20,000 nt of DNA, taken from the NCBI GenBank assembly GCA_001724265.1, contig MEDY01000112.1:54215-74214 (forward strand), given 5' to 3'. The notes under the pieces were generated by a model. The model ran no database searches. It worked only from the letters and a program-made list of their open reading frames with translations, and had not been told where the DNA came from. The position numbers were made by a program, and so were the translations under genes. This stretch comes from Rhizaria sp. SCN 62-66 (lineage: Eukaryota). Below are positions 10,001 through 17,310 of this stretch, one piece after another (the first letter of the stretch is position 1; every line of letters starts with the position of its first letter).

Positions 10001-13000
10001 AGGATGCTGTTAGTGACGACCGCGGCGGGCGCGGCGGCCGTGACCGCGTCCTCTGCGGCAACCAGCAGCATCTCCGCGGCGGGCCCCGCGCACGCGGTGG
10101 CGCTCTGTTGCGCGGCGCGCGCGAGCAGCGTGGCCGCCGCGCCGCCCGCGCCCGCGCCCGCGGGGTCGCGCACGTATACGACACGGCCGGGGGTCAGGAA
10201 GCGCAGCACGTGCGAGGGCCGCTGCGCCGCCGCGCGCACCGCCGCCGCCGCGGGCAGCGCGGAGGCCAGCAGCGCGGCGTACACTGAGAGGTCGGCCAGC
10301 GGCAGTGCGGCGGCGGCAGCGGCGGCCGCCGACGGGCCAGTCGCAGTGCTCGGCGAGGTGTTGGCAATAGCAGTTGTGGCGGCGGTGGCGGCGGAGAGCT
10401 GGGAGAGGAAAACACTCGCGGTCGCGGTCAGCTCTGCATCAGCCACTGTGTCCGACAAAGCACTCTCAGTCACGGACGCAAGGACAGCAGCATCAGCAGC
10501 AGTAACGGCGTTCTCCTCGTTGTCGCTATCATTCATGGCCGCAACCGTCGCCGGCGCCGGCGCCGGCGCAGTTGCAGACGCGGACACGGGCGCAGTGGCC
10601 TCGGCGGCGGCGAAGGCGGCGGGCGCGTGGGACCGCAGCAGCGCGCGCAGGGCGACGACGCGGCGCGCTTTGGCCAGCGCGCGGCGGTACGCGCGGCGGT
10701 GTGCGCGCGCACTCGGCGCGCTCTCAGCGGCAGCAGCACCTCCGCTGTCAGTGGGGCCGTCAGTTTCCTTCGTCATGACATGAGCTTCTTCTTCGTCGTC
10801 GTCGTCGTCATTGCTCTCAACAGCATCGAACCAGCCCTCGTCGTCGTCGCCGTGACCGCTCTTGTTCCCGCCACTTGCGGCCTCAGACTGCAGCAGAGCG
10901 AGTGCGAGCGCCTCCTCCTCGGCCGCCGCCGCGCCACCCTCGGCCACCGCCCAGTCCAACCCCGCACCGCCGCCGGCCCGGGCCCCCGCGCCGTCGCCCG
11001 CATCTCCGCCGCCGTCGCCGCCGCGCGCGGCGCCCTGGGCCTCGAAGGCGCGGCGGTAGCGGAACTGCGCCAGTGAGCTGCGGATCACCGCGTCCGTCCC
11101 CAGCAGCGCGTCGCCGCGGGCCAACAGCGAGAGGATCATCGCGTAGGAGAGACGGAAGCGCGACTCGAGCGGCTCAGCGGGCCCGAGGATCATGTCGTGC
11201 GCCTGCTCCGGCTCCAGCTCGTCGCCCTCCTGCATCAGGATCACGCACACGCCCACGGCGTCCTTGTTACGACGGCCCGCGCGGCCCGACATTTGCGTGT
11301 ACTCGCCGGCGTTGAGCAGCCGGCGGGTCTTGCCGTCGAACTTGCGCAGCGCCGCGAAAACGACCGTGCGCGCGGGCATGTTGACGCCCATGGCGAAGGT
11401 CTCGGTCGCGAACAGAACCTTGATCAGCCCCTCCTGGAAGAGCAGCTCGACCAGCTCTTTGATCACCGGCAGCAGCCCCGAGTGGTGGACGCCTACGCCC
11501 GCCCGCAACAGCGGCAGCATCGCGCGCACCTGCAGCAGCCCGCGGTCCCCAGGCTCGAGCCGCGCAACGGCAGCCTCGAACGTCGCCTCCACGGCCTCGG
11601 CCTCCTCGGCGGAGTTCAGCTGCAGCCCCGCGCAGGCGAGCGCGTGGGCCTCGCACTCGCGGCGCGCGAACGAGAAGACGATCATCGGCAGCCAGTCGTG
11701 CGCGCGCGCCAGCGCAACCACGCGCTTGACGTCGCTCGCGGCCCGCGCCGCCGCGCGCTGCCGGGCCGCGAACACGCCTCCGCCGACAGGGACTGGGGCC
11801 GCAGCCGCGCCGCCCAGTCCGGCGAGTCCGGTTCCGCTGGCGGCCTTGGCGGCGTCGAGCGCGGCGGCGAGGTGACGCCTGTGGAAACGGCCCTTCTGGT
11901 CGACCAGCAAGTAGAGCGAGGAGCCGCCGGGGGGCAGGACGAAATGCGCGAGCGGAGTCGGGCGGTAACTCGTGGTCACGGTGTGGCACGGCCGGCGCTT
12001 GACCGCGCAGACCCAGTCTGCGAACTCCTCGGCGTTAGACACGGTGGCGGAGAGAAAGACGAGCCCGACGCGCGCGGGCAGCAGGATGATGGTCTCCTCC
12101 CACACGACGCCGCGCTCACGGTCGCGCATGTAGTGAACCTCGTCGAACACCACGTGCGACGTGAACGCGATCGACTCGGCGCCGCGGACTAAGAGGTTGC
12201 GCAGGATCTCGGTCGTCATCACTACCACGGGGGCGTCGGGCGCGAGCGTGACGTCGCCCGTCATGAGCCCCACCTCGATGCCGGGGAAACGCTCCTTCAT
12301 CTCGCCGAACTTCTGGTTCGACAGAGCCTTGATCGGCGACGTGTATACAACGCGCTGCCCGCGCGCCAGCGCCAGCGCGACCGCGTACTCGGCGACGACG
12401 GTCTTGCCCGCCGAGGTGTGCGCGGCGACCATCAAGTGGTCCCCGCGCTCCAGGACCGCGACGGAACGCTTCTGGAACACGTCCAGGTCGAACGGGTACT
12501 CTCGGGCCATGTGTTCCGCCGCCGGGAACGAAAGACAGGCCGCAACGGCCTCCGCGGCGGCCGCGGGGGGTGCCGAGGCCGGCAGCACCGCCAGCGCGGC
12601 CTCGGCGGCGGCCAGCGCGGCGGGCGCGGCGGCGGGTAGCGTGCCGCTGGCCGGGGAAGGCACCGCGGTGTCCAAACGCACTGCCGGCCGATTCGGCAGC
12701 GACACATAGTGGGTGCACCGCGAGCGGTCGTGGTCGCGGCCCTGCGCGCTGGGGATGAGGAACTTGCCCTTGGCCACCGAGGACGCGGACACGGGCTCGT
12801 AGCTCTCGCTGTCGCTGCTGTCGCTGAGGTCAGCGCTCCCGTCGTTGTTGTCGTTGTTGCCGCGCTCATTAGCATTGTTGGCGTCATTGGACGCGTCGTT
12901 GCTGGCGTTGAATGCAACTGCAGCAGATGCGGAGTGCGTGGTTGGGCTAAACTCGTCGGTCATGTCGGTCGCCGGCGCATCAGCAGAAGCAGGCACTTCG

Positions 13001-13122
13001 GGCGTTGATGAGGAGACAGCGACTGGCGCCGGGGCAGTGGCGGGCGCAGCGGACGCGGAGTCCGCCGCAACACCGGGCGCGACGGCGCCATCTTGGGCCA
13101 CCGAAGGCGGAATATCACTCAT
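7024..13122 (-). CDS. MTR4: MTR4 (SKIV2L2/DOB1) Ski2-like DExH RNA helicase, about 2032 aa as one frame, with an in-frame TAG at codon 1207 (9502-9504) and large low-complexity insertions
   Basis: Motifs: YPFDLDVFQ, AHTSAGKT, YTSPIKALSNQK, GLMTGDV, VMTTEILR, DEVHYMRDRERGVVWEETIILLP, FLSAT, YRPTPL, GVGVHHSGLLP, LFATETFAMGVNMPA, QMSGRAGRR. KOW pieces FLTPGRVV and DFGWAVV lie on either side of the TAG, and the C-terminal DSHCT domain ends RRGLPFASSLY. ORFs 9502..13128 and 7024..9492 share a frame and are separated only by the TAG. Final stop is TGA. Confidence 0.92.
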
Positions 13123-13828
13123 ACACAAATTAATGTGGGCACTCTTGCTTAGTCAATCTACTCTTGGATCAATAGACAAGATAGTAATGCTCTGTCGAGG
13201 CCAATAGTGAGAGGAAGCAGGGCAAGTGGAAATGTGCGTGAGAACATAAATTAAGGAAGAGTTTGAAAGGCTTAATGGAAAATATAGACAACACAATTAA
13301 AAACAAAAAGATAAAGTACCACAGAAAAACTAAATTCAACAACTAAAAAACTATTGATGAGCAGATGATCGCAATCAGCGATGTGGTGTGAGAAAGTTGG
13401 ACTGAGATCACAAGACACAAATCAGTGCAACAAGAGAGCGGTCGTCAGAGCGAATAGTGGCATTACAGAGTTAGTATGGAGGTGGATTGTGGAGAAAATA
13501 GATTAAGGTGCTTTATTATATGAGCAAGTTCCGGTCACGGCCGCCCCGGCTCGCTGCCCCACGCGCCCGCCGCTGTCTCTACCGCTCCCCGCGTCACTCG
13601 CGCCAAGTGAAGGCGCGTCGCAGAGAGAGTAAGGAGATTAGCTAGCGCAGGCGTGTGAGTGCAGCGTCGGCCAAAGGCAGCGAGCCGCGCCGGAACAAAG
13701 AGAATACATAGCGTTATGCCCCCGCCGAAGCGAGCGCAGTCGAAAAAGAAGAAGAAGGAGAAGAGTTCAGAATTCACATCACGTCGCCTGTTGTTACAGA
13801 GCGTTATATAGAGTTATATACAGCGCGC

Positions 13829-14989
13829 TTAGTGGGCGGGGGAGACGGAGTTGATGAGCTCGGTGTGGCGCACCGTCTTGGGGGGCTCACCGTGGTAGAT
13901 GTGCTCGAACAGCTCGCCGACGACGGGCTGCGGGGACGCCTTGGCCTTCTCGACGGCGACGTCGACCTGGCCCTTGACCTCCTTGTCGATGGCCTTGAGG
14001 TCCGCCGCGGTCGCGAAGCCGGCCTCGAGGATGCGGTTCTTGCAGTTGTCAATGCAATCGCGCTGGGCGCGCATCGACGCCACCTCGTCGCGGGAGCGGT
14101 ACGAGAGGCCGGGGTCGGACATCGAGTGACCGTGGTAGCGGTAGGTCGAGGCCTCGACGAAGATCGGGCCCTTTCCGGAGCGGCAGTGGTCGATGGCGAA
14201 CTGGAAGCCGGCCTTGCAGGCGAGGACGTCCATGCCGTCAATCCAGATGCCGGGCACGTAGTCGCCGCGGGTGTAGAAGTCGGCCGACGCGGCGTGGCGC
14301 GCCGTCGAGGTGCCCATGGCGTAGTTGTTGTTCTCGCAGAGGAAGATGAGGGGCAGCTTCCACATCGCGGCCATGTTGGCCGCCTCGAAGACCTGGCCCT
14401 GGTTGGCCGCGCCGTCGCCGTAGGCCGCCACGGCGACGCCGCCGTCACCGCGGAACTTGTGGGCGAAGGCGAGACCGGCGCCGAGGGGGACCTGAGCGCC
14501 GACGATGCCGTTGCCGCCGTAGAAGCCGCCCTCCTTGTGGTACATGTGCATGGAGCCGCCCTTGCCGCGCGAGCAGCCCGAGGCGCGGCCCAGGAGCTCG
14601 GCGAACATCGACTCGAGCGAGTCGCCGCGGGAGATCTGGTGGCAGTGGTCGCGGTAGGCCGTGATGACGGAGTCGGTGCGGCGGAGACCAGCCTCCATAC
14701 CGGTGACGATGGCCTCCTGGCCGTCGTAGAGGTGGCAGAAGCCGCGGATGAGGCGCTCCTTGTACAGCGTGTCCGAGACGATCTCGAGACGGCGGTAGAG
14801 AACCATCTCACGGTAGAACTTGAGCATCTCGTCCTTAGTAGTGGTCACGGTGTTGGCGGGAAGGTTGTCGAGCTTGTGGCCCTTGAAGTCGCGACCGACC
14901 TTGAACGTCGCCGTGTTGGACGACATCATGCGAGCACCGATGGGCGCCTTCGAAAGCGCCTTCGAAAGGCGAAGAGTCTTACTGAGCAT
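13829..14989 (-). CDS. PDHA1: Mitochondrial pyruvate dehydrogenase E1 alpha subunit (386 aa, intronless)
   Basis: IRGFCHLYDGQEA, GKGGSMH, FYGGNGIVGAQVPLG, TPP-binding motif GDGAANQGQ...ENN, phosphorylation loop TYRYHGHSMSDPG.SYR. The basic, acid-free N-terminus MLSKTLRLSKALSKAPIGARMMSS resembles a mitochondrial presequence. Stop is TAA. Confidence 0.97.
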   Translation of the reverse strand: MLSKTLRLSKALSKAPIGARMMSSNTATFKVGRDFKGHKLDNLPANTVTTTKDEMLKFYREMVLYRRLEIVSDTLYKERLIRGFCHLYDGQEAIVTGMEAGLRRTDSVITAYRDHCHQISRGDSLESMFAELLGRASGCSRGKGGSMHMYHKEGGFYGGNGIVGAQVPLGAGLAFAHKFRGDGGVAVAAYGDGAANQGQVFEAANMAAMWKLPLIFLCENNNYAMGTSTARHAASADFYTRGDYVPGIWIDGMDVLACKAGFQFAIDHCRSGKGPIFVEASTYRYHGHSMSDPGLSYRSRDEVASMRAQRDCIDNCKNRILEAGFATAADLKAIDKEVKGQVDVAVEKAKASPQPVVGELFEHIYHGEPPKTVRHTELINSVSPAH

Positions 14990-15740
14990 TCTCGAAAAGA
15001 CGCGGCAGTGGGGACGAAAGTCCTCACCCCGCAATCAACTCTTGATGTCGGCCGCCCCAAGCCTGGGACTCCGCCGATCGAGCGACCGACCGACCTCGAC
15101 CCAAGCCACGGTTCGTGAAAAAGCCCAGAAACTGTCGTTCACTTGCCAAGTAAAACCGCACTACCGAGTTGAATTGACGTTTTATGCTAGATTTAACACT
15201 TGTAACATATGAATCATTGATTATTATATCGTATGTCATTTTAAAATCTCAATCTAAAACACATGTGGATCACAACAACTCGGTGATGGATTTCGCAGTT
15301 TCGACATCAACTCGTCATCAGCAACTTTATCGAAGTCTATCTCGCCTCAACTATGTCTGTTGTCTAAATATTAAGAGCTTCTATATTTATTATGTGCTAA
15401 TACGCAGTAGATCCTGATTTGAATCCTTATATCTACCTTCTTCTATGCCATATCTCGACTTTTAAGTCATCCGCGCTGCATTTTGAGACATATGCACCAG
15501 CTTCCACTTTGGACTTAGCATTGAATGTATTACCACCGTGTCTGTCTACGCTGTTTTCTTTTAGAGAATAAACGTAATAAACTGGCGAGGATATTCTTGT
15601 GCCCTATCTATGACGCTCTGTCCCGTCGAGAGCAAAGATATGGCAACGTCACGGGACATATCCGTGTGGCCACTGAAAATAACCCAATAGTATAATATAA
15701 CGTCGTAGAGTTCGTGTTTTAATTCGTCAAAAGCTGTTAA

Positions 15741-16845
15741 ATGGTATATGTCATGCGTAAAGTTAAGAAATGAGGTGGCTCAGAGGGGCGCTGCTCACGG
15801 TCATGCGACTTAATTTCGAGGGCGGACCGAGCGGAGCCTAAGTGCGCCCTCGTCCTCTCGGCCGCGCCCCTGCCAGGAGCAAAGACCGTCTTGTGTGGCC
15901 CCGGAACTCGTATTGTTGCTGTTGGCGTATTATCACAAGCCTGTTTACTGCGTGGCACATCTATTCTCGTTATTGCTGGAACAACTGGCGTTTGTGGCGG
16001 GCCTATCCGGACGCTCTTGAGTCGGCCCACTTCGGTCTTGAGTGTCCCGGTGTGGGGCCTCACCGCCGCCGACCCGCTCCCTCCCCTGCCGCGCCCATCC
16101 CCCCGCGTCCGCGTCTCTGCATATGCTCACCGCTCGTTTCATGTGCTCTTGCTCTTGCATTTTCTCCCCGCTACAGATGAAGCAGAACTTCGTTGAGACC
16201 GGCCGCGTCGCCCTCATCAACTACGGCCCCGACTATGGCAAGTGGGTTGTCGTCCTCGACATCATTGACCAGTCCCGCGTACGTCCTTCGCCCTCCTCCT
16301 GCGTTCCCTTTTTCCCTTCTCTAAACAACGCGCTGCTGTAGTGCATCTCCTGCAGCTCCCCACTCGCTATTCGAACGCGGTTTGCGCTTGTGGCAGAGGC
16401 GGTTGGTCCAACTTCTGCCCCGCAAGCCGTACAGCCCACTGCTCTACCCCCGCATCGCTCCGCTCTCCGTCATCATGCGCGGCTCTCAAAACGCATTCTC
16501 ACAGCACTCCTCTCTTCTTTTCTCTCTGTCTCTTGTCCTATTCGTCTTTAGGTCCTCGCCGACGGCTCTGCCAACGGTGTCAAGCGCCAGGCCATCCCCA
16601 CCCGCTGGCTCTCGCTGACCAACATCAAGATCGCTGTCCCCCGCACCATCGGCGTCGACAAGATCAACAAGTACTTCCAGATCAGCAAGGTCGCTGAGAA
16701 GGTTGCTGCTACCGCCTGGGGCAAGCGCGTCGCTGCCCAGAAGGTCCGTGCTAACCTCACCGACTTCGACCGCTTCAAGGTCATGCTCCTCAAGAAGCAG
16801 AAGGCTGCCATCGTCAAGAAGGCCACCAAGTCCGTCAAGGCGTAA
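15741..16845 (+). CDS. RPL14: 60S ribosomal protein eL14, about 132 aa; exons 15741-15743 (ATG only, tentative), 16177-16278, 16552-16845
   Basis: FVETGRVALINYGPDYGKWVVVLDIIDQSR|VLADG...KRQAIP...W...R..LTDFDRFKVM are eL14 signatures. Intron 2 is GTACGT...TTTAG (16279-16551). An acceptor CTACAG lies directly before ATG 16177, and ATG|GTATAT at 15741 is a plausible first coding exon. Stop is TAA. Confidence 0.95.
15744..16176 (+). other. Probable RPL14 intron 1 (433 nt; donor tentative)
   Basis: The acceptor is clear (pyrimidine tract plus CTACAG at 16171-16176). The donor GTATAT after the ATG at the end of an AT-rich promoter-like region is inferred. Confidence 0.55.
16279..16551 (+). other. 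RPL14 intron 2 (273 nt, phase 0)
   Basis: GTACGT donor, long CT tract, TTTAG acceptor; removal joins DQSR to VLADG as expected for eL14. Confidence 0.92.
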
Positions 16846-17310
16846 ATTGACTCAATAAAACACACCGCTTCATCCAACACACGCCTCTAGACCCTTGCTA
16901 TCCCCTCTGTGCTGTCATATGAACTGTATTGGCCTCGTCTGGCATCTCTATCACGTCTTAAACTGTCAATTGTGACTGCTACGGTCTGCGACTCTTTAGG
17001 TTGATCGAGATGCGACCCAATGAGGTAACCGTTGAAGCATCGACTTGTTCACTTCGCACGACTCAACTGCTTTACCCTGACCGTTATAGTGATTGTAACA
17101 AGTATATAACTTTTGTTCTATGTTTTTTTATATCATATTCTAATTAAGTATTCCCACAAACAATCCCTTGATCTTTCCCCAGACCTCCCAGAAAGCTCTC
17201 AACAAAGCAGTAGTGCCACCCGTTTTGTGTGCCGCCCCGCCGCACAACCTCGCCTTCCTTCCCTTTAAACCCGCGCCGCCCGCCTGCCCCAACCGCCCTC
17301 GTCGCGCGCG

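Noticed and set aside
4432-13122. ZNF830 and MTR4 as pseudogenes
   Set aside because: Each has one TAG and no frameshift, TAA or TGA over about 490 and 2030 codons, with Zn-ligand and helicase motifs intact. Disfavoured, but not formally excluded without reads.
13535-13777. 80-aa ORF in a GC-richer patch between MTR4 and PDHA1
   Set aside because: No codon bias or recognisable motif; more likely the PDHA1 3' UTR or the MTR4 upstream region.
14990-15034. N-terminal extension of PDHA1 shown in the ORF track
   Set aside because: It relies on a non-ATG start; ATG 14989 gives a typical mitochondrial presequence.
13832-15118. Long antisense ORF (428 aa) opposite PDHA1, and similar ones at 12..1121, 2052..3560, 9527..10783 and 17140..18906
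   Set aside because: Shadow ORFs caused by extreme GC3 bias of the real genes on the other strand; the translations show no family motifs.
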